From IMG/VR virus record IMGVR_UViG_3300048835_001002, positions 1-55,593 of that record: a stretch of 55,593 nucleotides of DNA. One strand, given 5' to 3'. Positions 19,447 through 29,675 of this stretch are shown piece after piece (the stretch's first letter is position 1; the number at the start of each line of letters is the position of its first letter). The notes under the pieces are model-generated. The model had not been told where the DNA came from and searched no databases. It saw nothing but the letters and a program-made list of their open reading frames with translations. The stretch comes from a virus. Its lineage: Duplodnaviria > Caudoviricetes. A program made the translations under genes and the position numbers.

Positions 19447-20453
19447 TCCCGAATTTCCGTATCACCTCGGGCGGCAAGGACTTGACCAATGCCATCCGAA
19501 CTCGCCTTTTAAAGCTGACGATCCGCGATGAGAAAAAACTGAAGTCCGACTCAATGTCGATTGAGCTGGCAGATGACCCACCGATTGAGCTGCCAGCAGA
19601 CAACCAGGTGTTTGAGGTCGCCATCGGCTACAAGGACGTACTGGTCAATGTCGGAAGCTTTGCAACCAAGCATATCGCCGTATCCGGCCCACCGCGCATT
19701 CTGAAGATCGAAGCTTCGGCGATGAACCAGGCGGCATCGCTCAAGACCCGGCGCGAGCAGTCCTGGGAATCGACGACTCTCGGTGATCTTGTTGCGGCCA
19801 TCGCTCGGCGCAATGGGCTTGCGCCTGCAGTGATCCCGGACCTTAAAGCCATTCCAATCACACATGAGAGCCAGACGGAGTCCGACGCAGCATTCCTTCA
19901 AAGGCTTGGACGCCGCTACGATTTTTTACTCAAAGTGTCAAGTAGACGACTGATTGTAACCCCGCATGACAAGAGCCTCATGGCTTCTGGCGGTGATCTT
20001 CCAAAGATAGAAGTATCAAACCCAATCCGGTACGAGTTTTCAGGCGATCAGGCTAAAAAATATACTGGTGTAAGAGCCTACTGGTATGACTCGCAGGCGG
20101 CAGCGAAACGCTATGTGTTTTTCGGGCGGCAGGGCGTTGTCCTGGAACTCGAATTCAATCAGGTATCGGAAGCCCAGGCTAGAAAGGTTGCCGAAGCTAA
20201 GTTCCGTGAAGTATCCCGGAAGAGCAAGACACTCAAGTTTACGGTACCTGGTAATCTGGATCTCGCCGCTGAGCGGAAGGTTTTGGTCAGCGGTATCCGC
20301 ACTGGGGTTGATGGTGAGTGGATTATCAAGAGTGTCGAGCACACTATTGATGGTTCCGGGTTTCTAAGTAGCGTCGACTGCTCGGAGAGCGGATATAGAG
20401 AAGACTTTCCTGATGACAATGGCACTCCTGAGAGTCCCGATTCTTCTTTATAG
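19443..20453 (+). CDS. Baseplate hub / late control protein D (P2 gpD-like)
   Basis: PNFRI, SDSMSIELAD, SGPP, TLGDLV, QTESDAAFLQRL, GVDGEWII motifs. Confidence 0.92.
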   Translation: MIPNFRITSGGKDLTNAIRTRLLKLTIRDEKKLKSDSMSIELADDPPIELPADNQVFEVAIGYKDVLVNVGSFATKHIAVSGPPRILKIEASAMNQAASLKTRREQSWESTTLGDLVAAIARRNGLAPAVIPDLKAIPITHESQTESDAAFLQRLGRRYDFLLKVSSRRLIVTPHDKSLMASGGDLPKIEVSNPIRYEFSGDQAKKYTGVRAYWYDSQAAAKRYVFFGRQGVVLELEFNQVSEAQARKVAEAKFREVSRKSKTLKFTVPGNLDLAAERKVLVSGIRTGVDGEWIIKSVEHTIDGSGFLSSVDCSESGYREDFPDDNGTPESPDSSL

Positions 20454-20523
20454 GAAACGACAGAATTCATATTCCACGCTTTTGGTTCCTTGCGTGATGA
20501 TCCCGACTCATTGCCGAGGAGAG

Positions 20524-20540
20524 TGGGACACCGTGTCCCA
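20524..20540. promoter_or_regulatory. parS centromere palindrome upstream of parA
   Basis: TGGGACAccgTGTCCCA; the same palindrome recurs after parB and resembles F sopC / N15 IR (TGGGACCnnGGTCCCA). Confidence 0.8.
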
Positions 20541-20748
20541 TAAATCGGATTATTTTCCTGAAAACGACTCGCTAGGGTTTACTTTAATCAACCCTGATTC
20601 GTCATTAAATTTGATTTTATTTTGTCGCATAGGTGGCACACGAAACTGAAGGCAATGCATTGAGAAGTTGCTGTATAAAAAATAATCATTAAAATAGACT
20701 TTATTTTCGATTGAGAAAGTGGAAAAATCGGATTTATGAGGTGCAGTC

Positions 20749-21630
20749 ATGGCTATTATTTTTGCTTTGTGTAACAAGAAGGGCGGATGCGGCAAAACGA
20801 TGGCAGCAATCAATATTGCAGCTATTCTTGCCTCTCGTGGACATAGAGTTTTGCTGATCGATGCGGACGAACAAGGCAATGCTTCAGCTAATCTTGGCGT
20901 TAAAATGATTGGCAAGAAGCTTGGGAAAACTCTCTACGATGCTCTGATAAAGGAACGACCGCTAGAAGATGTCCTAATCCCAACCGAGTTTCCGAATTTG
21001 GATGTAATCGTTGGCGACTCTCAGTTGAGTACCATCAACATGGAAAAAACTATCGATCCCGGGGCACCGATGCTCTTAAAGGATTGGTTTGAAGCCAACA
21101 ACACCAGTCAATATGACTACATTATTATAGATACAAATCCAGCAATCAATTTGATGTTCTATATCGCTCTAAACGCCTCACATTATTTTATGCTTCCTAT
21201 TTTCCCTGAAGCCGATTCGTTTGATGGCGTTGGAATGATGTTTGAGACTATTCGGAAAATTCAAAAGAAATCCAATAAAATGTTGGGCTTCTTAGGAATG
21301 GTGATGACAAAGAACAAAGAAAAAAGCGGTACCCATAAGCTATTTCGAGGAAAAATCAATTCTTTCTGTGAAAAGCATGGGTACCCCATCCTGGGCAAGA
21401 TCCCCGATTCCGATGCGGTGGCCGCTGCGTCTGCGAATAAAAAGCCTCTTATCCATTACCGGGCTGACCTTCCCGTGACTGAAGCGTATATCGCGCTAGT
21501 CAACACTCTGCTGACAGAGCTTAAACCTCGCAGAGGGAGACCAAAAGCACTTGAAATCCCAACCAAAGATTTTGAAGAATTGGCTACCCATGAAGTAAAC
21601 CCAAATGAGGTGGAGATCAGTTTTGAGTAA
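20749..21630 (+). CDS. parA: Partition ATPase ParA
   Basis: Deviant Walker A KKGGCGKT, LLIDADEQGNAS, YDYIIIDTNP. Confidence 0.95.
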   Translation: MAIIFALCNKKGGCGKTMAAINIAAILASRGHRVLLIDADEQGNASANLGVKMIGKKLGKTLYDALIKERPLEDVLIPTEFPNLDVIVGDSQLSTINMEKTIDPGAPMLLKDWFEANNTSQYDYIIIDTNPAINLMFYIALNASHYFMLPIFPEADSFDGVGMMFETIRKIQKKSNKMLGFLGMVMTKNKEKSGTHKLFRGKINSFCEKHGYPILGKIPDSDAVAAASANKKPLIHYRADLPVTEAYIALVNTLLTELKPRRGRPKALEIPTKDFEELATHEVNPNEVEISFE

Positions 21631-22468
21631 GGCATCGAACAGGTTTGAAGAAACCGAAGCTGATATTAAATTCAAGGAAGGCCTTTTTAAGCTGTCCAAG
21701 TCTCAAGACGGCGTTAGCTTAGAATTGGCAATTAAACACATAACGCTTGATCAGAATATCCGTGATGCTATCGATCATAACGATCCAGAGTTCAAACAAC
21801 TGGTCGAAAGCATCAAGGAAGTCGGCCTCCTTCAATTGCCTGTCGTTACGGTAGATCTCGATCAAGGGAAGATCCTATGTCTTGGTGGTCATCGTAGGAT
21901 CGAAGCTCTACGCTCATTAGGCAAAGAGAGTGTAAAGGTCGTCTATCGGAACATAGAAGATCGTCCAGTTCAGAAACTGGCTCAGCTGATGGAGAATGTT
22001 GCTCGTCAAAATCTGCAGCCTTTAGAGCTTGCGTCCGCCATTAACAATATTAAGAAGGCGGAAAAGTATACTGCAACTAGACTTGCTGAATTACTTGGCA
22101 AGGAAAGAAAGTATATCGAGAGACTAGTTAAGATTGACAATTGGCCTACTGAAGCCAAGGCATTTGTTAGAGCTAATCCTGGAAAGTTTACTCTTAAAAA
22201 TTTGTTTGCTATCGCCGCTAGAAAAATTGACGACTCTGAAGTTTTGGCCGTTCTTCAAAAAGTCGCTTTCCCAGAACGAAAGGGAGCAGAGGCGAAGCCA
22301 ACTAAACAAGCAAAACTCACATCAGCTTCCGTTGGGGAGTATATTAAATCCAAGCAGCTCTCTAGAAAAGAGCAGGAAGCTATTCTGAATTTTGTTCGTG
22401 AAATGAATCTCTTGCTATCCACAAGTGAAGATATGGGACACGGTGTCCCAACTGAGAACATTGTTTGA
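21623..22468 (+). CDS. parB: Partition protein ParB
   Basis: LVESIKEVGLLQLPVV, GGHRRIEA, ENVARQNL, HTH; TTG start after GAGGTGGAG. Confidence 0.92.
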   Translation: MSKASNRFEETEADIKFKEGLFKLSKSQDGVSLELAIKHITLDQNIRDAIDHNDPEFKQLVESIKEVGLLQLPVVTVDLDQGKILCLGGHRRIEALRSLGKESVKVVYRNIEDRPVQKLAQLMENVARQNLQPLELASAINNIKKAEKYTATRLAELLGKERKYIERLVKIDNWPTEAKAFVRANPGKFTLKNLFAIAARKIDDSEVLAVLQKVAFPERKGAEAKPTKQAKLTSASVGEYIKSKQLSRKEQEAILNFVREMNLLLSTSEDMGHGVPTENIV

Positions 22469-22522
22469 ATGGGACACAGTGTCCCATTCACAATTTCATC
22501 TCGAATGGGGTACGGTATCCCA
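22434..22522. repeat. parS array: three 17-bp palindromes at a 36-bp period
   Basis: TGGGACAcggTGTCCCA (22434), TGGGACAcagTGTCCCA (22470), TGGGGTAcggTATCCCA (22506). Confidence 0.85.
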
Positions 22523-22747
22523 TTTGTATTTAATGGGGATATGCTAAAAAGCAAAAATCCCCTCAGTGGGGGACGTAGGATAAGGGATGCGACAAAAATT
22601 TGAGCTGTGTGGTAGCACTTAAATTATCTCGCTTTCCTCTCTCACGCAAGCCCTCAAGAAGAAAATTAAACTAAAAACCTCTTCCTGTATTTGCTGCTTT
22701 TTAGCAGACGCAGGCAGCTAGGATACCTTGCATCTTGGGAGCCAAGG

Positions 22748-25700
22748 ATGGCTGCGCATATTGCACTTGTCGAACATGCCAGTGAACTGACCGAACTCGC
22801 AGCCGCATGCGGGATCGACTGGTATCAGATCAAGAACCTGACGGCCGGCACGCACCATGATCTCCCCACCATTCATAAGAAGTACAGCAAACGCTGTACC
22901 ATGTGGGTACGCGAGTTCACAGATAAGGGTGGCAGCCCGCAGCTCAGCATCACATTCCACACTCGCAAGCACGGCGGTGTTACACGGAATTGGTATTCAC
23001 GCTCGCCCGGTGGTTTCGCAGGTCAGCTTCCCAAACGGAACGTCAGCCGCGAGGAAGCCGAAAGGAAGCGCCGCAAGGAACGGTTCCTTGCTTACCAGAA
23101 GGGCTGGGACTCCGCGCAAAAAAGCACCGGGTTTCCCTATCTCGACACAAAAGGCATCGCTGGCATCCTTGATCATTTTGAAATGAGGCAGACCTCGGAT
23201 CGCAAGGTCATGGGCAGCGGAAGCCTGACTCCATTCATCTGTTTTCCTCTTTTCAACCGCGACGGACATTACGTTGGACTTCAGCGTATCTATGCTGATG
23301 GAGCGAAAAGGCTCACGGCCGCTGTCATGGAAGGGCAGTACGTCGGTGCGCATTCCATCATCGGCAACCCGGAAACCAGCAAAGCGATCTATATCGGCGA
23401 AGGTTTTGCAACCTGCGCCAGCATTTTTCTGGCCACTGGCTCGGCAGTTGTTTTCGCCTATAGCGCGAGCAACCTCGACCCGGTCTGCGCCTATATCCGC
23501 TCAAAGTATCCCGAACACGAAATTATCATCGCGGCCGACAACGACTGGACACCAAAGGGCAACACCGGGGTGTTCAAGGCTCTGGAAGCCGCGCAGCAAA
23601 ACCGGACCAGAGGCGAGAGCCTTAAGATCATAGTCCCGCCGCTGATTGGTCAGGTTAAGACAGACTTCAATGATATTCATACCTGCCTCGGACTGGATGA
23701 GCTTCGGCAAACCCTGGCCGATCCTGCCAATACTGTGCGGCCGCCGAAGGAACGCGATCAGTTTTTACTGACCCTTCTCAGCCATGCCTATGCGCAGCAG
23801 ATGCCGGCGATTGTGAGAAGATTGGCGGTCATGCTCAAGGTTCCCCACCTCATTTCAGAAGAAGCGCTCCGCGAGCGGATCACCCAGGCCCTCGGCATCC
23901 GGGCTGATCAGCGCATGATCTTCAAGGCCATTCGTTCAGTCGTCATCGCTGGTAAGTACAAGGCCAAAGCCATCGCCGGCATTGATCCGAATAAGGTTCA
24001 GCAGTATCGACAGTTTCAAACGGTGCGAAACGAAGGTGGGCACCTCGTCATTGGTGAGGACGCTGTCCTTGCCGTGATGGAGGAACTAGGAAAAGGCAGA
24101 ACCGTTATCGTCAAATCCCCGATGGGAAGCGGAAAAACGGAGATTCTGATCCGAAAAGCGATGAAGGGCGCAGGGCGTGCAGCCCATATCCTGCCAAGGG
24201 TGTCGGTCGTCAACGATGCCGCAGGTCGGCTTCAGCTTGATCACTACCGCGACATCGACAAATTCCGGGCCTATTTCACCGATCAGATGGTCAGCTGTAT
24301 CAACTCCATGGGAGCCAAGCGCTTCATGGCCGATAATGGTCGCAACTGGTTTGAAAACCTCGACCTCCTCTGCCTTGATGAAGCCAGCCAAGTGCTCCCT
24401 CAGGTGGCCGCGCTTGGAAACCCTCTGCGCCGACGCGCCAACCACCACGCTCTGGTCAACTCCATAAAGACTGCGCGCTCCATTCTGATTGCCGATGCCG
24501 ACGCCAATGACTTTCTGGTGAGTGAGCTGAAACGGATTGATCCTGAGCGCAGCATAACGCTGATTGACATCGGCCATCCACCGGCTGAGCAGAAACGCTG
24601 GCGGGTGGGCGTTACAGACTCCGTTTCCTTCGTCAGAAAAGCGCTTCTTGATGCTGCAACAGATGGCGAGCGTTGTCTATTGGCAACGGATAACAGGCAA
24701 AAAGCCATTGAAATTGAGCGGGCGATTCGCTATCTCAGGCCAGGAGCAAGGGTTTTAAACATTCACAGAGAGCCATCCAAGGCCAATCTTGAAAAGATCC
24801 GCCGCTTCTATGACAATCCAAACGCTGAGTGCCTTAACTGCGATGTGCTGATCTACTCGCCTGCCATCACCTCGGGTGTCTCAATTACAACGCCTCATTT
24901 TACAAAGCACTTTGGAATCTTCACCGGCATTATCAAGGTGAACGATATCATGCAGATGCTTGGCCGCGATCGGACTGCCCAGGAGTGGCTTCTGGCCCTG
25001 GCGCCGCGCAGCTGGGCTGAGCAAAAACTTCGTGCTTCGATTGATCTTGAAAGCGTGGGGGAGTCACCAACGCTCTTTTCCGAACTCAAGTACGCGACCG
25101 ATCGCTATGAAATCGAGGCGCGTGAGAACCTTACTGTCCTGGCCATGAATATCCTCAAGATGAAGGGACACAAGGTTTCCATGCTCGATATCACGTCCTG
25201 GGAAGGGGCGGGGGCTATCGATATGCTGACGATGAATATCGCCAAAGGCATGAAAGAGGAGCGCCTCAGGCGAATCCTTGGCCAGACGGATATCAGCGAA
25301 AACGAGTACCAGAATCTGAAAAGACACTGGATGCCCGACGAAAACGAGGCTGCAGCCATGTATGCCTTTAAAATCCGTCATATCCTCTGTGCCGATCTCA
25401 CCGAGGAAAACGTCGCGTTCATGGATCAGGGTGGGCTCAAAAAAGTCGCCCTTTTTGAAACACTGCTCGGGAACGAAGCCGACCTCAGTCGATTCGATGC
25501 CGAAGAGAAGCAAACGCTTGATCCTTCGCTACGCTATCATGCGGCCGCGAAAAAGGATTTCCTCATGGCTGTGTTCAAGCGTCTCGGCATCTCACTCAAA
25601 ACATTTGTTGGCGAATTTACGCATAAGGAATGCCAGGCTGTGGTTGCCCTCTTTATGGAGCAGGCGGCGAAAGCCAATGCCGTTTTCGACGGAATCATTG

Positions 25701-25915
25701 ATTCTGAGCACCCGCCCCGCTGTGCGACCACGTTCGTCCAGAAGATCTTCCGAAAACTTGGCCTGCGTATTGGCGGCAGAAAATCCAACGGGCGCATGAT
25801 CCGTTACATCGAGCCATCCGATCTCTCCCGTATGCTGACCCTTCGTGAACGCCGCCGGGTCAATGGTCGATCACTTTTCTCCACTGGAATAAAGATAGAA
25901 TCCGAGGCTGCATAG
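22748..25915 (+). CDS. repA: N15-type RepA replication protein (Toprim primase plus origin-binding helicase)
   Basis: YIGEGFAT, IIAADND, TDFND (Toprim); KSPMGSGKT, LDEASQ, YSPAITSGVSI, QMLGRDR (helicase). Confidence 0.88.
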   Translation: MAAHIALVEHASELTELAAACGIDWYQIKNLTAGTHHDLPTIHKKYSKRCTMWVREFTDKGGSPQLSITFHTRKHGGVTRNWYSRSPGGFAGQLPKRNVSREEAERKRRKERFLAYQKGWDSAQKSTGFPYLDTKGIAGILDHFEMRQTSDRKVMGSGSLTPFICFPLFNRDGHYVGLQRIYADGAKRLTAAVMEGQYVGAHSIIGNPETSKAIYIGEGFATCASIFLATGSAVVFAYSASNLDPVCAYIRSKYPEHEIIIAADNDWTPKGNTGVFKALEAAQQNRTRGESLKIIVPPLIGQVKTDFNDIHTCLGLDELRQTLADPANTVRPPKERDQFLLTLLSHAYAQQMPAIVRRLAVMLKVPHLISEEALRERITQALGIRADQRMIFKAIRSVVIAGKYKAKAIAGIDPNKVQQYRQFQTVRNEGGHLVIGEDAVLAVMEELGKGRTVIVKSPMGSGKTEILIRKAMKGAGRAAHILPRVSVVNDAAGRLQLDHYRDIDKFRAYFTDQMVSCINSMGAKRFMADNGRNWFENLDLLCLDEASQVLPQVAALGNPLRRRANHHALVNSIKTARSILIADADANDFLVSELKRIDPERSITLIDIGHPPAEQKRWRVGVTDSVSFVRKALLDAATDGERCLLATDNRQKAIEIERAIRYLRPGARVLNIHREPSKANLEKIRRFYDNPNAECLNCDVLIYSPAITSGVSITTPHFTKHFGIFTGIIKVNDIMQMLGRDRTAQEWLLALAPRSWAEQKLRASIDLESVGESPTLFSELKYATDRYEIEARENLTVLAMNILKMKGHKVSMLDITSWEGAGAIDMLTMNIAKGMKEERLRRILGQTDISENEYQNLKRHWMPDENEAAAMYAFKIRHILCADLTEENVAFMDQGGLKKVALFETLLGNEADLSRFDAEEKQTLDPSLRYHAAAKKDFLMAVFKRLGISLKTFVGEFTHKECQAVVALFMEQAAKANAVFDGIIDSEHPPRCATTFVQKIFRKLGLRIGGRKSNGRMIRYIEPSDLSRMLTLRERRRVNGRSLFSTGIKIESEAA

Positions 25916-26464
25916 CAGGCCCCAGCCACGGTTTTCCAGAATCCGGTGTCCGGGTTCTGGATCTCTGCGTCCCCTTGCTGCCGGGTGAGCTCGCCTTTGC
26001 CTCCGGAGGCACGGATCTCACTGTCCTTCTGATATAGCGTCCATGGCGACGCATTTTTATGCATCCGATCCATAAGAAAACAGTATAATGCCGAAATAGT
26101 TGAGCTATTTTTGTAGAAAAAGAGCTGAAAATTGAAGAAAGTTTTTCAGGTGCAGTAAGCATTATGCAATCGTCTGCATAATCATATAGTGCTTCGACCG
26201 ATTGATCAGGGAGACTTCACTTTCCATCATATAAAGATAGGCAAAGTCTCCCTGGTTCACGGCCGAACCATCTTGCAACGATATCCTCCATGATTACTGT
26301 TTATTCATAATTGTACAATAATCGAACAATATTCATGTGTTACGCGACGAAAGGTTCTTGTAACTCTTCAGATTCATGGCGGATATTATACTCTTACCGA
26401 GAACAGCTGCCGTGGTATGTCTGTTGCTCCTAAGGGCTTAAATAAGCCCATCCAGGAGTCAAAC

Positions 26465-27049
26465 ATGAAATGCAGGGTCATCCGCACTGATGATGAATTG
26501 AAACAGTATGTCGATCGTTTCGCGGAATACTCCGGGATCGTTTATCCGTTTCAATACTTACGCCCAGCAAAAGTATTCGGAATGTTCGACTCCGAAAAGC
26601 TTGTAGGTGGCTTCATTCTTGCTGATGGCGACAATATCCGCTGGATGAAGCAGATTCCCCTCGAAAACAATGAATTTTTCAAATCTGTCGATCCGTCCAT
26701 GCTCGTCGAACTCAACGGGGTTTGGCTCGATGCCTCCCTCCGAAAATCCAACAAGACCATTGATTTCTGGTCATATGTGGCGAAGGAAATCGTTGCTTTT
26801 GGGAAGCCTATTCCCACGTTTGCATACATTACAGAAAGAAAAGGTCTAGCTGAACTCTATCAGCCCATAACTGTAGGGAAAATATTTGCAGGTCAAATGA
26901 CCACATCAGATAAACACCTGACAGTTTGCTATTCCAATCTGTTCAGATTCCGATATTTCAAAGTATTGTATGCTGGTCGTTACGTGACACGATACTTTAG
27001 AGACGGCGGGAAAAGTGAGCAGCACCTCCAAAAAGCAGCTCGAAGCTGA
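26465..27049 (+). CDS. Putative GNAT-fold acyltransferase (LuxI/FeeM-like fold possible)
   Basis: VFGMFDSEKLVGGFIL strand and VELNGVWLDASLRKS resembling GNAT motif A; CAGGAG RBS. Confidence 0.45.
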   Translation: MKCRVIRTDDELKQYVDRFAEYSGIVYPFQYLRPAKVFGMFDSEKLVGGFILADGDNIRWMKQIPLENNEFFKSVDPSMLVELNGVWLDASLRKSNKTIDFWSYVAKEIVAFGKPIPTFAYITERKGLAELYQPITVGKIFAGQMTTSDKHLTVCYSNLFRFRYFKVLYAGRYVTRYFRDGGKSEQHLQKAARS

Positions 27050-28379
27050 AAAGCTGTACCAACGTTTTCTGAATGCTCAGGCAACCAAAGTAATAGGAAG
27101 CCGATGGGGACTGGTCCTCATCGCAGTCCTGCTGGCTCTTGTAGCGTATGACATTTCCAATTTTAAAAATGATATGGATCGAATTCTGGTCGGGGCGCGC
27201 TTCGCACCCTGTATTATTCTCATACTAATCTCGCTTTTCAAGCAGGAAAGTGTGAGTCCATCCTGGATGGAGAATGCGCCGCACTGGTTCGATTTGATCT
27301 GTGTTTCATATGTCGGCGCCTCCGTGCTCTTGACGATCATATGCCACAAAACTGAATTCCCGCTGGATTCTGCACCGATTCAAATCTCTCTCTTCGCAGC
27401 TTGCATGCTTGGTTTTCATAGCCTCCGCTATATTATGATACGCAACATATTATTTGTCTTTCTGGTCAGTGTCTCAATCGCATTGTTCGATTCTACATCT
27501 CTTCTCATCGCGCAAGCTGCTCAACTTATAGTAGGTGGCGGAGTTGGATCTGTGATCTTTTTGTTAATAACAAATAGTTTGTTTCAAAACCAGTACATCA
27601 TCAGTACTCGGTTAAGCCAGCAGACTTTGGACTTCCAATCCCACCTCGAATCGACAAAATATGACCATCAGAAGACCATGATTTTCGACGGGTTCAAGGA
27701 AGAGGAAACCATGCCTTGCCACACCGGGGAAGCTCTTGTCTTTAAGCTCGATGTCATTGATAGTTCAAAGATACGGGACACCAATTATCCGAGGCATTTT
27801 GAAGCCTTCTGCGAAGAAGCCGAGGCTGAGTTACTGTCACACATGACAGTAGCAAGTTTGGACCCCGTTTTTCTTAGGGGTAGAGGGTATTTTATAAAGA
27901 GTGTCGGTGATGCGGCCATTTTTTCGATAGGAAATCCTGTTGCTGTAGCGAAGCCCTATACCATGCAGGACGCCACTGATTTCCTACTGAAAACAATCGA
28001 CGCAGCGTTCAAAAAGCATATGTCCAGAGTCTCATCAGAAAATCCTATCCTATATTGCATCGGGGTTGCATATGACAACTTGCAAGGTGGTTTCTCAGGT
28101 AAGAGAAAATTCTATGACTTGAACGGCAGAGGGCAGATTCTCGCAGAACGCTATGAGAACCTGCGAAAGAGATTCCAATCCCTATCAATACCTCTTCCGA
28201 ATGGAAATTTTTTAATACTCCAGGATAAAGCAAAGGCCTTCTTTACCAATGAATTTCTTTATACTTTTGAAAAAGTTCATGTAGACGCGATAAGAGATGA
28301 CGAAGCTGCAACCTTCTTTTGGATCGTCCAGCTTCGCAAAGATAAAGTCCGAGTGACATTGCTTGATCAAGTTTCATAG
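27015..28379 (+). CDS. Membrane-anchored (about 6 TM) class III adenylate/guanylate cyclase-like protein
   Basis: Hydrophobic N-terminal half; VFKLDVIDSS (metal Asp1), IKSVGDA (Lys, Asp2), YDLNGRGQILAERYE (Arg kept, Asn replaced). Confidence 0.78.
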   Translation: MSSTSKKQLEAEKLYQRFLNAQATKVIGSRWGLVLIAVLLALVAYDISNFKNDMDRILVGARFAPCIILILISLFKQESVSPSWMENAPHWFDLICVSYVGASVLLTIICHKTEFPLDSAPIQISLFAACMLGFHSLRYIMIRNILFVFLVSVSIALFDSTSLLIAQAAQLIVGGGVGSVIFLLITNSLFQNQYIISTRLSQQTLDFQSHLESTKYDHQKTMIFDGFKEEETMPCHTGEALVFKLDVIDSSKIRDTNYPRHFEAFCEEAEAELLSHMTVASLDPVFLRGRGYFIKSVGDAAIFSIGNPVAVAKPYTMQDATDFLLKTIDAAFKKHMSRVSSENPILYCIGVAYDNLQGGFSGKRKFYDLNGRGQILAERYENLRKRFQSLSIPLPNGNFLILQDKAKAFFTNEFLYTFEKVHVDAIRDDEAATFFWIVQLRKDKVRVTLLDQVS

Positions 28380-28399
28380 CCGACTTTCGGAGATATCGT

Positions 28400-28966
28400 T
28401 TGGAAAAGATTATGATTGCCTTCAAGATTTTGTTGATTGTCCAGCTGGTAGCCTTCAGAGTGATTTACCGCAGCCAGATTTTTTGGAAGGATAAAAAGAC
28501 AAAATCTGAGAAAGATGTCAGCTGGCTTAAAAATCTTCTTCCTCCCATGCAATTGGGAATTTTCGTTGTTGTCGCATGGGCCATGCAGAGCGAAGGATCT
28601 GCTGTGCTCCTTGCAATTGGCAACTCTATATCGTTCTGCGGGCTGTCACTAATATTTTGGGCCAAAAAAACACTGGGAGAAAACTTCTCTGAGTGTACTG
28701 ATATGTACATTCCCAATTCGATTGTCACTGTAGGGCCTTATAAAGCCATCCGCCATCCGATATATACTGGAAATATTGTGTTTCTGTCAGGCCTGGCGAT
28801 CGCCTGTTCGTCGATCGTGCTTATAGCCATTACCATTTTCTTTGTAATTTTCTACTCAAAATCTGCATCAATTGAAGAGCAGGAACTGCAATTGAAGTAT
28901 CCCGATTATCAAAAGCACATAGAAGTCACTGGACGATTCCTGCCAAAAATCCTCAAAGTCAAATGA
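28400..28966 (+). CDS. Isoprenylcysteine carboxyl methyltransferase (ICMT/Ste14/PEMT) family membrane methyltransferase
   Basis: LGENFS, VTVGPYKAIRHPIYTG, EEQEL, YQKHIEVTGRFLP motifs. Confidence 0.9.
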   Translation: MEKIMIAFKILLIVQLVAFRVIYRSQIFWKDKKTKSEKDVSWLKNLLPPMQLGIFVVVAWAMQSEGSAVLLAIGNSISFCGLSLIFWAKKTLGENFSECTDMYIPNSIVTVGPYKAIRHPIYTGNIVFLSGLAIACSSIVLIAITIFFVIFYSKSASIEEQELQLKYPDYQKHIEVTGRFLPKILKVK

Positions 28967-29249
28967 CTGTATGAGTCCTGTCAAAGCTCATGTGGGGGCC
29001 ACCAAGAGGGGGCCTAGTCGCTCACTCCGTAGTCCAAGCTGGACACATTGATGAGGAAGAGGAACCTTCGTCCGGTCTCTGTTCAATGACCTTTTCTTGG
29101 TGGCGAGACCATTCTTGAGAAGCAGCAGCAGGGTTTTCCGCGATGGACTTTTCGAGCGCCAGCGACTCACTATATGCGGCTTTCGTGGCTTCCAGATGGT
29201 ATTAGAAAACCTGGCATCCACAAACGGAGGGAGATTGTAGAGTTTTTAA

Positions 29250-29642
29250 TTATGAGTTTCTGCGCAGAAAAACAGGACGTATTTCAACGGTTTTGATTGC
29301 ACCCGCGATCGTCTCGACAATCGTATCCAAATCGAAAGGCTTGTTTACGAGTGCGTGAACGAATGGCTTTACTTGAGATAAATCAAAATTTTCGTGGTAG
29401 CCGCTGACCAGAATAATGGGTAGATGTGGTCGCAGCTGATGACATGCTTTCGCCAGTTCAACACCATTCATCGTCGGCATACAGAGATCACTAAGAAGAA
29501 GGCTTATTTCTGGGTTTCCTTTCAAACGCTGGATGGCTCTCAGGCCGTCCTCAGCCTTCACAACTGCAAAACCGGACTGCTCCAGATAGTCCGCGATAAA
29601 ATCCCGCACGGTCTGGTCGTCGTCCACAACGAGAATGGCCAT
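29250..29642 (-). CDS. Single-domain response regulator (receiver)
   Basis: ILVVDDD, LSDLCMPTMNG, ILVSGY, KPFD; GGGAG RBS. Confidence 0.92.
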   Translation of the reverse strand: MAILVVDDDQTVRDFIADYLEQSGFAVVKAEDGLRAIQRLKGNPEISLLLSDLCMPTMNGVELAKACHQLRPHLPIILVSGYHENFDLSQVKPFVHALVNKPFDLDTIVETIAGAIKTVEIRPVFLRRNS

Positions 29643-29675
29643 GAAAGCACTCCCTGACATTGAATTTGGCTTTAA

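Noticed and set aside
9483-20453. Tailocin, eCIS or GTA interpretation of the tail module
   Set aside because: Intact terminase, portal, capsid, cos and a replicon indicate a DNA-packaging phage
22434-22522. Palindromic repeats with a constant period as a mini-CRISPR
   Set aside because: The units are only 17 bp with 19-bp gaps, match sopC-type parS and sit at parB
27015-28379. Pycsar/CBASS defence cyclase
   Set aside because: The TM region is fused N-terminally like a receptor, and no cNMP-binding TIR or TM effector is adjacent; a defence role is not strictly excluded
28988-29221. 77-aa minus-strand ORF
   Set aside because: No motif or RBS; probably a gene remnant or spurious
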